DNA of 63,944 nucleotides, counting the filler, from Fonticula-like sp. SCN 57-25 (lineage: Eukaryota): assembly GCA_001724245.1 (NCBI GenBank). It is 3 parts of 3 records of this genome, joined end to end, with 100 filler letters (N's around TTAATTAATTAA, not from the genome) between each part and the next. Parts side by side here need not be neighbours in the genome. Positions count along the whole stretch, not along the records: positions 1 to 24,260 come from MEDX01000064.1; 2 more parts are not named here. One strand, given 5' to 3'. Of the stretch, positions 1 through 11,512 are shown piece after piece. The notes below the pieces were generated by a model. That model was not told the DNA's origin. It saw only the letters and a program-made list of their open reading frames with translations, and ran no database searches. The number at the start of each line of letters is the position of its first letter. Position 1 is the stretch's first letter. The position numbers and the translations under genes are program-made.

Positions 1-39
1 CACATTGGCGCGTGGGCAGTGTCAGCAGCGTCGGTGGGC

Positions 40-1640
40 ATGTCGGCGGTGGATCCGCCTCTCCGCGTCGATCGCGTCTCGAGCGTGCGCCGCCTCGCCC
101 TCTCTCCCTTTTATTTCTTTTAGTTAACACTTTTGATATATATAGCGCTCGGCCTTTGTGGCGCGCCGCTCGCGTCTCGATCGCGAGCACATTGATGAGC
201 AGCGCCTCGAGTTTAGCGGCTTCTTCAATCTCTTCTTTTGCGGCCTCGTCTACTATGTCGTCGTGACGCTCGCTCCCTACTTTCGTGCAGGCACACTCGC
301 CGAATTCAAGTATGCCTTGTTCTTTTCTCTTTGTTATCCGCATGCTAAACTCGCATTGCATCAGCCTGCTTCAGTTAATGAGCCGCGATCTGTTTGCCCT
401 CGGCGTGTGCGATCTCGTGCTCGTCCTGTACACCTTTACCTCCTACGCGCTCGTCTGCTACCAAGTCTCGGTCGGCCACGTCTCTCGCGGCCTCATCGTG
501 ATGCAGCATCTGCTGCAATGCGGCCTCTTTGCTTTAAGCGCCTTTTTCGTCTTTCAGCGCGACTGGCCGTGGCCGCAGTCTGGCTCGCTGAGCCTCCACA
601 CGATCGTCCTCTTTATGAAGATGCACTCTTACAGCCGCACGAACCAGGAGCTTTTTGCTGACAAGCACCCGCTCTACCCCAACAATGTCTCGCTCGCCAA
701 CTTTATCGACTTTTTGCTCGTCCCGACGCTCGTCTACGAGCCCTCGTACCCCCGCACCGACCGCGTTCGCTTTGGCTACCTTATCGAAAAAGCCATTTGC
801 TTCATTGGCGCCGCAACGCTTCTCTACCTCGACATCACGCACTACATGTACCCCGTCTTTGACGCGCTCGCGACCACCTCCTTTGTCGAGAGCATTGTGC
901 TGCTCGTCTTCCCCTTCACGCTCGCCTACCTCCTCATCTTCTACCTCATTTTCGAGTGCGTCACCAACTTTATGGCCGAAGCCACGTGCTTTGCCGACCG
1001 CGAATTCTACGAAGACTGGTGGAACTGCACCAACTTTGACGAGTTTTCGCGCCGCTGGAACAAGCCGGTGCACGCGTGGCTGCTGCGCCACGTGTACCTC
1101 GAGTCAATTCGCTCGTACCGTGTCAGCAAAACAAACGCGACGGTCGCCACATTTGTCTTTTCAATGCTGCTGCACGAGCTCGCGCTGACAGTCACGGGAA
1201 GGCGGTTTAGGCCGTACATTTTTGCGCTCGCCATGGTGCAGCTGCTCGTCATTCCGCTGCTCAGGCACCCGCTGTTCAAGGGAAGGCGGCTCGGAAATGT
1301 CTTCTTTTGGCTCGGGATTCTGTGGGGATTTCCAATGCTGGCGGTGCTCTACGCAAGGGAGAATTATAATTTGCCGCCGCCGGACGCGACAGTCGTCATT
1401 TACGCGGGCGTTGTGATTGGCGCGTTTGTCTTGTTTGCCGTCGGCGCGCGAGTGTCATTTGCATATGCGACAAGGCGCAGTGGCGAAAAGCAAGAAAAGG
1501 AGGAAAAGGAAGAGGAAAAGGAGACTAAGGAGGAAAAGGAGGAAAAGGAGGAAAAGGCGGCGGAAAAGGTGGAAAAGACGGAAAGGGAGGTAAGGGCGAT
1601 CAGGAGATCGTCGAGAAAGTTGACGAAACGAGACCTTTAA
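40..1640 (+). CDS. MBOAT-family sterol O-acyltransferase (ACAT/ARE-like), 3 exons
   Basis: ATG at 40, introns 85-145 and 310-364. Motifs FSGFFNL, MKMHSY, PTLVYE..YPRT, FADREFYEDWWN, WNKPVH and SMLLHE (catalytic His). E/K-rich tail. Confidence 0.88.
1486..1590 (+). repeat. Coding low-complexity GAGGAAAAG tandem repeat (EEK-rich C-terminal tail)
   Basis: Repeated gaggaaaag units translate to EKEEKEEEKETKEEKEEKEEK. Confidence 0.8.
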
Positions 1641-1813
1641 TGACAATTTTCTCCATTTTTATCATAATTTTGTGATATTTATTTGTATCCGATATCAATA
1701 CCTACCACTCAATATACTGAATATTACTTAAATTTGGTCTTTGAATACTAAATACTTTTTTTTATTACCGAAATACTTCTATAAAACCAAAAGCACTTCT
1801 ACAACAAGAACAC

Positions 1814-3484
1814 TTACGCAATGTAGAGCGCATCGACAAACGTCCTGGCAATCTCATCGACAACGGACCTATCCGGAATCGCCGCGGCCATTCCGTACAT
1901 TGCGCCGCTTCCCTCCGCCTTCTTGCCCGGGTTCTTCATGATATCCGCGACGATATCCCTGACGTCCTGGAGGAAATCCTTGACCGGGTCGACGCCCTTG
2001 ACCGCCTCCTTGGAGTGCAGGTACGTGCAGCAGATGTGCATGCTGGCCGGGTACTGCAGCGTGTTGAGGTTCCACCCGCGGTGCGTGAGCTCGCCGCTGA
2101 GCCTGTAGATATCAAACGTCTTGCTGCCAAAACCGACGACGGAGCCCTGCGGGTCGCCGTACACAAACACGCCGTCAATCTGCTTGAGGCCAGCGACGAT
2201 CTCGCGCGCGGCAGAGACGATGGCGCGCGTGCTCTTGATGTAGCCGTCCTCGCCCATGTACATGAGCGTCGCCCAGCAGCCGGCGAGGAGGACGCCGGGG
2301 CGGCTGCCGGCAATCGTAGGGCTCGCGTAGATGCCGCCGGTCCAGTCCTCGGCAACAAAGTACTGGTAGCGGCGGAGCGCGCGGCTCGAGTACATGATGA
2401 CGGACGAGCCCTTGGGGGCAAAGCCGTACTTGTGCGTGTCGCACGAGATGGACGTGACGCCGGGCACCCTAAAGTCAAAGGGCGCGATCGGGAAGCCGGC
2501 CTTTTCCATGAACGGCACGATAAAGCCGCCGAGGCAGCAGTCGACGTGGAGGCCAATGTTGTTCTTCTTGGCGATGGCGCCGAGCGTCTCAATGTCGTCA
2601 ATGATGCCGTGCGGGAAGTTGTAGGCGCTGCCGACGATCGCGATCGTGTTGCGGTTGACGAGGCGGCGAAGCGCGGCAATGTCGACCTTGCGCGTCACTT
2701 CGTCAACGTCCACGTGGTAAAGCTTGATGTTAAAGTAGCCGCAGGCCTTGTCAAAGGCGGCGTGGGCGGTCACGGGGATCACGAGCTCGGGCTCGGTGAT
2801 GCCCTTGACTTCGAGGGCCCAGTCGCGGTAGGCCTTGACGGCCATCAGGATACTCTCAGTGCCGCCGCTCGTCGTCGTGCCGCACGCGTCGGCACCGCCA
2901 TTGTACATGCGCACCACCATCGCCACAATCTCGGCATCCATGCGGCGAAGGCCGGGGAAGAGATCGGGGTGAAGGGGGTTGGTCCACGCAAAGCGCTCGT
3001 AGACGTACGTCGTGAGGCGGGTCAGCTCCTCGCCGCCCCAGTAGACGGCGCCGGACACGCGGCCCTTGTTCACGTCGATCTTGGTCGGCGCGAGAGCAAG
3101 GCGATCAACCTCGGACTTGACCTCGTCCTCGGTCATGCCGGTGGCGGGGAGCGCGAAATTGCGGCGCTCGCCCTCCTTGATCTGGGAAACATCCTTCTCG
3201 ATGCTGGCCTTGACCTTGCTCATCTCCTTTTCAACGAGCGAGGCGACGAAGGGAAGGCGGCGGAGATACTTGAGCGTAATCGTCAGGGCCTGGCGGCGAA
3301 GGCGGCGGAGCACCGTCATGAGGCCATGGTCATAGACATCAAGAACAGCGCCAGACAAAACGCGGATCAAAACATAAACGAAAATGGCGTTCTTCAGAAG
3401 GAGAACGCGCGGGGTCGGCGAGTTAAGAGCGCTGTCGACGAGGCCCGAAAGGCCGCCGGCAAGCGTGCTGAGTGACGGCGCCAT
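1814..3484 (-). CDS. SGPL1: Sphingosine-1-phosphate lyase (PLP-dependent)
   Basis: Intronless. N-terminal TM, GRVSGAVY, NPLHPDLFPG, TSGGTESI, HVDCCLGGF, SISCDTHKYG (PLP lysine) and YASPTIAGSRPG. Confidence 0.95.
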   Translation of the reverse strand: MAPSLSTLAGGLSGLVDSALNSPTPRVLLLKNAIFVYVLIRVLSGAVLDVYDHGLMTVLRRLRRQALTITLKYLRRLPFVASLVEKEMSKVKASIEKDVSQIKEGERRNFALPATGMTEDEVKSEVDRLALAPTKIDVNKGRVSGAVYWGGEELTRLTTYVYERFAWTNPLHPDLFPGLRRMDAEIVAMVVRMYNGGADACGTTTSGGTESILMAVKAYRDWALEVKGITEPELVIPVTAHAAFDKACGYFNIKLYHVDVDEVTRKVDIAALRRLVNRNTIAIVGSAYNFPHGIIDDIETLGAIAKKNNIGLHVDCCLGGFIVPFMEKAGFPIAPFDFRVPGVTSISCDTHKYGFAPKGSSVIMYSSRALRRYQYFVAEDWTGGIYASPTIAGSRPGVLLAGCWATLMYMGEDGYIKSTRAIVSAAREIVAGLKQIDGVFVYGDPQGSVVGFGSKTFDIYRLSGELTHRGWNLNTLQYPASMHICCTYLHSKEAVKGVDPVKDFLQDVRDIVADIMKNPGKKAEGSGAMYGMAAAIPDRSVVDEIARTFVDALYIA

Positions 3485-3900
3485 GCTCGCGTGGACTTCA
3501 GGAGCAGAAGAGGGGGACACGAGAGTAAGCTGATCACGTGACGTGTGATGATGAATGTCGTGTCGAGGCTCGATGGCGGGAGGGTGCCCGCTCGGCGCTG
3601 ATTGGTCGAAATTTCCCGCGTAATTTTGGTAAGGGTTTCAAAAGTCGGGCCACAGTGGAGTGCATCGATTCATGTTGACGTAAAAAGCCTTTTCCAATAG
3701 TAAGTGGACAATTTGACGTCAGCAGAAAAAGATTCATCGCAGTCAACTACCATATTTCAGCTGATTTTTCAGTCATTGTTTTGTTTGTCCTTTTCAACCC
3801 GACCTTTTAGCATGCAATGAAGAAAACACTTTTTTTGCCCATTGAACTACATTACCTGATGTTTATTCCTTCGCTTCCAATCAATTAAAATTCCGATACT

Positions 3901-6042
3901 CTACTTCTTAGCCGCGGGGGCCGCCTCCTTTTCAAACTCGATGAGGACCTGGTCGGCGGCGACGCTCTCGCCGGCCTTGAGGTTGACGCTCTTGACGACG
4001 CCGAGCTTCTGCGCCCTGAGCACGTTCTGCATCTTCATGGCCTCGACGACGGCGATCTCCTGGCCCTCGACGACGCGGTCGCCCTTCTTGACGGCGACCG
4101 AGACGACGGTGCCGGGCATGGGCGCGATGATGACGTTGGAGAGGTCCTCCTTGGGCTTCTCCTTCATGTGCTTGGCGAGCGCGGCGGCGCGCTCGTCCAG
4201 CACCTTGATGTCAAAGCGGGTGCCGCAGTGCACGAGGCGGAAGCCGAGCGGAAGCGGGTCGAGGAACTGGAGGATGGACTCGCGGCCGTCAACGTGCGAC
4301 TCGATGAGGGGCGAGTTGACCGGCCAGTCGGCGGCGACGTTGACCGTCTTGCCGTCCACGGTGACAGCGACGCCGTCAAACGAGCGCTCAATGCCAACGG
4401 TAAACGTGCCAACGTTCTGGATCGTCATCTCGGCCTTGATCTCGTCCTGAGGCATAAACGACTCGATGACGCTGGCGGCGCGCCACTCGACGTTCTGCTC
4501 GTAGCGGCGCGCGTACACGTACGCGGCGGTCGCAATAAGCGTCTCCTTCTCCTCGTCGTTCAGCTGAACGCCCTTGAAGCCGTCGGGGTACTCCTCCGGA
4601 AGGTACTTTGTGCTCAGCTTGCCGGCAGCAAAGCGGGGGGCGGTGAGAACGTCGCGCAGAAGCGGGATGTTGTGCGTGACGCCCTTGATGACGTACTCGT
4701 CGAGCGCGCGCACCATGCGCAGGCGCGCCTCCTCGCGCGTCGCGCCGTGCGTGACGAGCTTGGAAATCATCGGGTCATAGTACACGCTAATCTCCGAGCC
4801 CTCGACGATGCCAGAGTCGATGCGCACGTCGGCGCCACCGCGCGGCTCAATGTACGTCGAGAGGCGGCCGATCGAAGGCAGGTACTTGACGGGGTCCTCG
4901 GCGTACACGCGCGTCTCAAAGGCCCAGCCGTTGATGCCAATGTCCTTCTGCTGGAGCGGGAGGTGGCGGCCGGCGGCCACATTGAACATGTGCTCGACAA
5001 TGTCGACGCCAGTGATGTACTCGGTGATCGGGTGCTCCACCTGAAGGCGAGTGTTCATCTCCAAAAAGTAAAAGTTGCGCTCGGGGTCAACGAGGAACTC
5101 GCAGGTGCCCGCAGAGTCGTACTTGACGGCCTTGGCAAGGGCAACCGCCTGGGCGCCCATAGCCGCGCGCGTCTTCTCGTCGAGGTGGACGGACGGCGCC
5201 TCCTCAACGACCTTCTGGTTGCGGCGCTGGATGCTGCACTCGCGCTCATTCAGGTACACGGTGTTGCCATGCTTGTCGCCGAGCACCTGGATCTCAATGT
5301 GGCGCGGGTTGTCAATGAACTTTTCCACGAGAAGGCGGTCGTCGCCAAAGCTCGACTTGGCCTCGGCCTTGGAGAGGCGGTAGGCGTCAATGAGCTCCTC
5401 GTCGTTCCAGGCAATACGCATGCCCTTGCCACCACCGCCGCTGCTGGCCTTCACCATCACGGGGTACTTGATCTCATGCGCGATCTGCCTCGCGTGATCA
5501 AGATCATGAACCTCACCCTTGAAACCGGGGATGGTGTGCACGCCGGCAGCCGCAGCGAGCTTCTTGCTCTCGAGCTTGTCACCCAAGTGCGAGATCGAGT
5601 ACGAGTTGGGGCCGACAAAAGCGACACCGAGCTCCTCAAGGGCCTTGGCAAAGTCGGCCTTCTCGGACAGGAAGCCGTAGCCGGGATGCACGGCCTGCGC
5701 GCCAGTCTCGCGTACAGCGCGGAGAACATTGTCGACGCGGAGGTAGCTTTCGCTCGTCGGCGGCGGGCCAACGCAGTACGCCTCGTCAGCCATCTTGACG
5801 TGCATGGCATTCTCGTCAGCAGTACTGTACACGGCCACCGTCTTCATGCCCATGCGCTTGGCGGTGCGCATCACGCGGACGGCAATCTCGCCGCGGTTGG
5901 CAACAAGGATCTTTTCAAACGGGGGAGTGTCATAGGCCAGCGTAGACGAGTAAAGACGAGCCGGCGCGGCAAAGCGGCCGAGCAGACCGCGCGAGGCCGC
6001 AGACGCGAGCCCAGCGTGGCGAAGAGCGACCGAGTGCGACAT
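3901..6042 (-). CDS. PCCA: Propionyl-CoA carboxylase alpha subunit (biotin carboxylase + biotinyl domain), mitochondrial
   Basis: Mitochondrial presequence, KILVANRGEIA, HPGYGFLSE, ERECSIQRRNQK, EMNTRLQVEHP, GWAFETRVYAEDP and C-terminal EAMKM biotinylation motif. Confidence 0.93.
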   Translation of the reverse strand: MSHSVALRHAGLASAASRGLLGRFAAPARLYSSTLAYDTPPFEKILVANRGEIAVRVMRTAKRMGMKTVAVYSTADENAMHVKMADEAYCVGPPPTSESYLRVDNVLRAVRETGAQAVHPGYGFLSEKADFAKALEELGVAFVGPNSYSISHLGDKLESKKLAAAAGVHTIPGFKGEVHDLDHARQIAHEIKYPVMVKASSGGGGKGMRIAWNDEELIDAYRLSKAEAKSSFGDDRLLVEKFIDNPRHIEIQVLGDKHGNTVYLNERECSIQRRNQKVVEEAPSVHLDEKTRAAMGAQAVALAKAVKYDSAGTCEFLVDPERNFYFLEMNTRLQVEHPITEYITGVDIVEHMFNVAAGRHLPLQQKDIGINGWAFETRVYAEDPVKYLPSIGRLSTYIEPRGGADVRIDSGIVEGSEISVYYDPMISKLVTHGATREEARLRMVRALDEYVIKGVTHNIPLLRDVLTAPRFAAGKLSTKYLPEEYPDGFKGVQLNDEEKETLIATAAYVYARRYEQNVEWRAASVIESFMPQDEIKAEMTIQNVGTFTVGIERSFDGVAVTVDGKTVNVAADWPVNSPLIESHVDGRESILQFLDPLPLGFRLVHCGTRFDIKVLDERAAALAKHMKEKPKEDLSNVIIAPMPGTVVSVAVKKGDRVVEGQEIAVVEAMKMQNVLRAQKLGVVKSVNLKAGESVAADQVLIEFEKEAAPAAKK

Positions 6043-6255
6043 GATCGGCACCGGTCCAACGGATCCTCTTTTGGCCGCCCGCTTGGTCGTGCGAAAAAAA
6101 GAAATCAATTCGTAATTCGACACGTGACGCCGATTTTACTGGCCAACCACGTGCACGGTGAGCATGAATCTCACGTGACTTTCGAATTGCCAGCCAATCG
6201 GCTGGTCGGACCGACCTTTTTCCACGTCTTTTTGTTGTTGGGCACCACCCTCGAG
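6043..6255. promoter_or_regulatory. Bidirectional promoter of PCCA/PCCB
   Basis: 213 bp between divergent ATGs. CACGTG at 6121, 6148 and 6172 (TCACGTGAC), and GCCAATC at about 6193. Confidence 0.7.
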
Positions 6256-8153
6256 ATGCTGCGCCTTGCTGCGAGCCGGTTTGCGCGCCCCGCGGTCGCG
6301 GCCGTTGTGGCGCGTGGCGCCGTTCAGGGGAGCGTCGTCGCGTCGACCGCCAACGTGTCTCGCTACGCCGTGGTCGGCGGGCTGAGCGTGCGTCTTTTTC
6401 ATAGAGGTCCTTTTTTGACGGAGACTTACCCACATGCCGCTAGTCTGTGCTTGAGCGCATTGATGAGCGCCGCGAGAAGGCTCTTCTCGGTGGCGGCGTC
6501 AAGCGTATTGAGGCCCAGCACAAGCGCGTACGGTTTTTACTCTGTTCATCTATACCCTCTAACGCCTGTTGATAGGGTCGCTTGACTGCGCGCGAGCGCC
6601 TCTCCCTCCTGCTCGATCCCAACTCTTTCCGCGAGTATGATCAGTTTGTTGTTCACTCGTGCAGCTCGTTTGGGATGGAGAATGAGAAGCACCCCGGCGA
6701 CGGTGTTGTGACCGGCTACGGCACGATCAACGGCCGCCTTGTGTTTGTGTTCTCCCAGGATTTCACCGTGTTTGGCGGCAGTCTGTCCAAGATGTACGCC
6801 CAGAAGATCTGCAAGATCATGGACAAGGCGATGCTTGTTGGCGCGCCCGTCCTCGGCCTCAACGACTCTGGCGGTGCTCGTATCCAGGAGGGTGTCGACT
6901 CTCTTGCCGGCTACGCCGACATTTTCCAGCGCAATGTGCTTGCCAGCGGCGTGATCCCCCAGATCTCGCTCATCATGGGCCCGTGCGCCGGTGGTGCTGT
7001 GTACTCGCCTGCCATCACCGACTTTACCTTCATGGTCCGCGACTCTTCGTACATGTTTGTGACTGGCCCCAACGTCGTCAAGACGGTGACGAATGAGGAC
7101 GTGACGCAGGAGGAGCTTGGCGGTGCCAAGACGCACACGAGCAAGTCGGGTGTCGCCGCGCTCAGCTTTGACAATGATATCGAGGCGCTCGCCAGGCTGC
7201 GCGACTTTGTCGACTTTTTGCCGCTCTCCAACCGCGAGGCGCCGCCGGTGAAGCACACTGACGACCCGAGCGACCGCGAGGTCACTGCGCTCAACACCGT
7301 CGTGCCCTCGGACACGACAAAGGCGTACGACATGACCGACGTCGTCAAGAAGATTGCCGACGACGGCATCTTTTACGAGGTCATGCCCGACTATGCCAAG
7401 AACATTGTCATCGGCTTTGTCCGCATGGCCGGCAGGACGGTCGCCGTCGTCGGTAACCAGCCGACGCAGGCGTCCGGCTGCCTCGACATCAACGCCTCGG
7501 TCAAGGCGGCCCGGTGGGTCCGCTTCTGCGACGCGTTCAATATCCCGATCCTCACCTTTGTCGACGTGCCCGGCTTCCTCCCCGGTGTCAACCAGGAGCA
7601 CCAGGGTGTACGTGCTGTGGAAATACATGTCTGGTCATGCGTGTTTTTGTGATACTTTTGTGCGCGTGTTTGTTGTGAGACTTTCGTGGCGTTGAGCTTG
7701 TTTTTCGTGAAACGTTTTTAATTATCGTTGCTGATTTTGCGTCTGTAGATCATTCGCCACGGTGCCAAGCTCTTGTACGCGTACGCCGAGGCGACCGTCC
7801 CCAAGATCACTGTGATTACGCGCAAGGCGTACGGTGGCGCCTACGACGTGATGAGCAGCAAGCACCTCCGCGGTGACAGCAACTACGCGTGGCCGTCGGC
7901 CGAGATTGCCGTGATGGGCGCCAAGGGTGCCGTCGAGATCATTTTCCGCAACCAGACGCCCGAGGAGATGGCCGAGAGCGAGAAGGAGTACAAGGAGAAG
8001 TTTGCCAACCCCTTCGAGGCCGCCGAGAAGGGCTTCATCGACGAGGTGATCGAGCCCGCCACCACGCGCAGGCGCATCATCGAGGACCTTGAGATGCTCG
8101 AGAGCAAAAAGTTGACCAACCCCACAAAGAAGCACGGAAACATTCCGCTCTAA
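6256..8153 (+). CDS. PCCB: Propionyl-CoA carboxylase beta subunit (carboxyltransferase), mitochondrial, 4 exons
   Basis: Introns 6388-6443, 6528-6575 and 7608-7748 restore [64 protein letters not shown] and C-terminal KKHGNIPL. Confidence 0.95.
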
Positions 8154-8319
8154 AGAGTCGGGAAAGATGTGATTCCGCGATACTATAATGCCCTCTTGCT
8201 CTCTAAACAAGATAAATAAACCGCAATACATAATCGTGACAATAATGACGCATAAAGAATATATTTATATTGGGCTTACTAAAACAAGTTGCAATGCTAT
8301 TGGATATACACTATAGAGC

Positions 8320-10459
8320 TCACATGCGCTCGATGGGAATGGTGCCGCTCCACTTTGCGACCCAGTCGCCCTTGCCGCTGTCCGCGCTGCTCCGCATCGC
8401 CTTGATGAGGTTGATAAATTTTACGGCGTCGGGAGCCTTTATTTCGCCGCCGCTCGCTTCGATGACGCGCGGGGGCGTCAGCGAGCACAGCGTGGGCCCG
8501 TGCCAGCCAGCTAGTGATAGAGACGCAAACGGCGGGCCAAGCATAAATATCCACTCTGAGACGCGCGCCTCGCTCCAATCGAGCACCGAGCCCGCTGGCG
8601 GCGCGCACTTTGGGTCAACGCTGAACTTGCTGTGCGCAATAAAGCCATGCAGCTGCAGGCTGGTTGCGTCATTCAGCGAGGCGCCAATATCGATGATGTC
8701 GTTCAGCTCGAGCATGGTGAGCGTCGAGCCGTCTATGTCCTTAAGGGTGGATTGAAGGCGGCCAAGGCCGACGTCGCACAGCCACTCGTGGAACATGCTT
8801 CCCTTGAGGTCTGACAGCCCGCTGGTGGCGAGGCAATCTGTCAAGCCATCAAGAACGGCCGTGCATTGATAGACGATAGACTGGAGCACGGCATGTCTCT
8901 CTACCAATTGGACAATGTCGCGCGATCTGGCGAGGTACTCTGGCGTCTGCAGTGCCGTCAACATTGCACGCTCGCTTGCCACTGGAATTGGTTTAGATAT
9001 TATTGCAGTAGATAAAGGTACGCACGTGTGGCTTCGAGGTTGGCGATTGAGCGCTTCAGCTCGCTTTCCCTGGCTATTTGAGTCTTTATTTCGCTGCTGA
9101 CTGTCGACATGACGCTCGCAATTTGCTGCAGCTCCGTGTCGACCTCGGCAAGCTGGTCGCGCACGCACGGGTAAAGCTGTGAAGGTTGCAGAGAAGCGGC
9201 TGACCTGGGGGTCTCGAGCGTCTCTCCATATCGATCAGTTTGCCAGAGCTCAATCGAACCGCTAAACAGGCCGACGGCAATGAGGCCCGATGCCGCGTGG
9301 TACGTCGAGGACGTCGCCTGCACGCAATACATTAGCAACCGTCTTATGAAAGAACTGCAACATACAACGCCGGTCTTTAATTTTGCCAACTGTGCTCCAT
9401 CAGAAACGCGCCAAAGCCGCAATGTCCCGTCGGCGCCGGCCGTCATCAAGCAGGACCCGTCAGCGAGGAATTCGGCGCAGCCAATAAGGGCCGAGTGCCC
9501 CTTGAACACCATAAGAGGCTCAAAGGACCACGATGGCCCGGGAATTGATGGGACGCGCCAAAGGGACGCCGTCTTGTCCTTGCTCGCGACACACAGCATT
9601 GTCTCGCACGCGCTGAAAAGTAGCGCGTTGATCTGGAAGAGGATGAGGGTAAGCGCACGCGCAAGATAATTACTCGTCAAGGTGCGCACGCGGTCGGAAT
9701 GGTGGTTGTTTGTGGCGACAAGCGTCCATTGGCCGGTATTTGACTGTGCGTAAATAAATAGGTAGCCATCTTGACAGCCGACAGACAAAAGCTTTCCGCT
9801 GGGAGAGAAGGCGACGCGCGTCACCTGTGGTGCGATTAGAGACCGGCTGTCCTATTCACGCTCGTACCCAAGCTTTGTATCCTCTTATGACGTGAGAAAC
9901 AGCATACCCTCTAGCTGAATTTAGTATAGTAACAACATTGTCATTTCCGCCTACGGCAAGCAAACCGCTTTTACTAAACGCGCATCCGTGTAGCTGATGG
10001 GGGATGTGAGCAAGAAATATAGGCGCCGGCGACAGCATGCGCACCGTTGCGCCAGCCTCATATACCACCGAGCACGCGTTGGCGTTGAGAATCTCGGTGA
10101 CGTGGCCAGCTGCCGTCACACCCACTACTCTCGTACCGTCCAAAGACCATGCCAGCCCGTGCACCTTGCATCATGTGCGTGAGTCAGACAATTCTTGTTC
10201 ACATCAGCGCCGGCAGGGAATCGTACGGCGGACGACGACTCGGTTGTGTAAATTATTGAGCGAGTGTTGATATTTGCAATGCACAGTCGACCGTCGCTTC
10301 CGCCTGACGCCAACATCGTGCCATCTGGCGAAATCCCAGAGCACCATGCCTTGCAAGGTTCGACGATCGTTAAGCTACTTAAACCAAAGCATCGCCACGC
10401 ACTGCTCCGCCATGACGCTTGCTGATTTTCGTTTTTCTTACAAGTTTCCGCAGCACCAT
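8320..10459 (-). CDS. WD40-repeat protein with coiled coil and two C-terminal SAM-like domains (multi-exon)
   Basis: WD repeats (ISPDGTMLASGGSDG, AFSPSGKLLSVG, GHSALIGCAEF..GADGTLRLW). A 44-nt intron at about 8982-9025 joins the coiled coil to IDGSTLTMLE..I.DIG and LDWSEARVSEWI..HGPTLCSL SAM-like motifs. Confidence 0.7.
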
Positions 10460-11009
10460 GTTGAGCCTTGCTCCAACGCCCGCGACCGCGCCGTTGGTGC
10501 TCCGGCAGACAACGACAATAATTTGCTGCTAACAACACACTTGGTTAGCAAGGCTGGCAGGAAGGTGATTGGTCAAGGATGACCAATCACGTCGCTTGAG
10601 CCTATGTACTATTCGGGCGCCGACAGCGAGCTTGGAGACGCTCTCCAAGCGCTGGTACCTAAAACTCTCTCGCCCGCCTCTCTCTGAGCCGCCTCCGAGC
10701 CGCTTCCGCGTTTTTTGGGCTGTTCGTGACTAGAACGCAGCGAGAACGCGGTACAAGACCTTTATTTCTGGTGTTTTCATTCGAGTCTGCCCTTATGGGC
10801 TCTCGCCAATATCGCATGTGAAGCGGCAGGGTTTCTTAAGAAGCCAAGTATGGTTCAAAAACCGCCATTAGACCACTTGAAAGCCTTTCGATATCTGAAA
10901 TTCACGCTCACTTTTGCTCGAGTGCCATTCATACGACGTTGAATATTTTCCCAATTTAGAGCGATCTGATTGGTCAATAATTTTGTTGACGGAGTTTTGG
11001 ACCGCCAAG

Positions 11010-11361
11010 ATGTCAGACAGCGACGACGACTGGGGAGATGAGAAGCAGGTTGAGGTCCCCGCCTACATCATGGTGGGGCGCGTGAAGGAGGACTACTACC
11101 CTGAAACTCACAAGCATCTCACTCTGTTTGCCGGTGCGCCCCGCGATTGCCATGTTGATGTTTTGCTTACCGCATCGACAGGGGAGCTGGTGTACGTTTT
11201 CAAGAAGAGCAGCGACGAGGGCCCTGGCTGGTGGGAGGTGCGCTCGCCGATCTTTCCACTATGAGCCTAATTTAATATTTAAACAGGGCGAGACGCGCGG
11301 CGAGTACGGCTCTTTCATGGCCAAATATATCGAGGAGGTGGTCAAGCCCGAGGGAAAGTAG
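11010..11361 (+). CDS. Small single-SH3-domain protein, 3 exons
   Basis: Spliced product MSDSDDDWGDE...EDYYPE..HLTLFAGELVYV...GWWEGETRGEYGSFMAKYIEEV matches the SH3 pattern. GTGCGC donors. Confidence 0.75.
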
Positions 11362-11512
11362 AGGAGAGAGGATGCAGCCGCGTACTGTATGTGGGTTCCA
11401 TGGCGAATTTTGCTGGCGAACAATGTCATGTTTTTCTCTCTACTTTAACACTCATAAACTCTTATTAATGAACTTGAACTGCGCATTTAACAAAAAAACT
11501 CAAAACTTTTCT

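Noticed and set aside
2015-6585. Long antisense ORFs (486 aa at 2015-3475, 805 aa at 4168-6585, and similar ones over bystin, XRN1 and BEACH)
   Set aside because: Shadow ORFs opposite GC3-rich conserved genes, with no recognisable motifs.
9000-9168. Frameshift or pseudogene in the WD40-SAM gene (overlapping ORFs)
   Set aside because: A 44-nt GTGCGT..CAG intron restores the frame.
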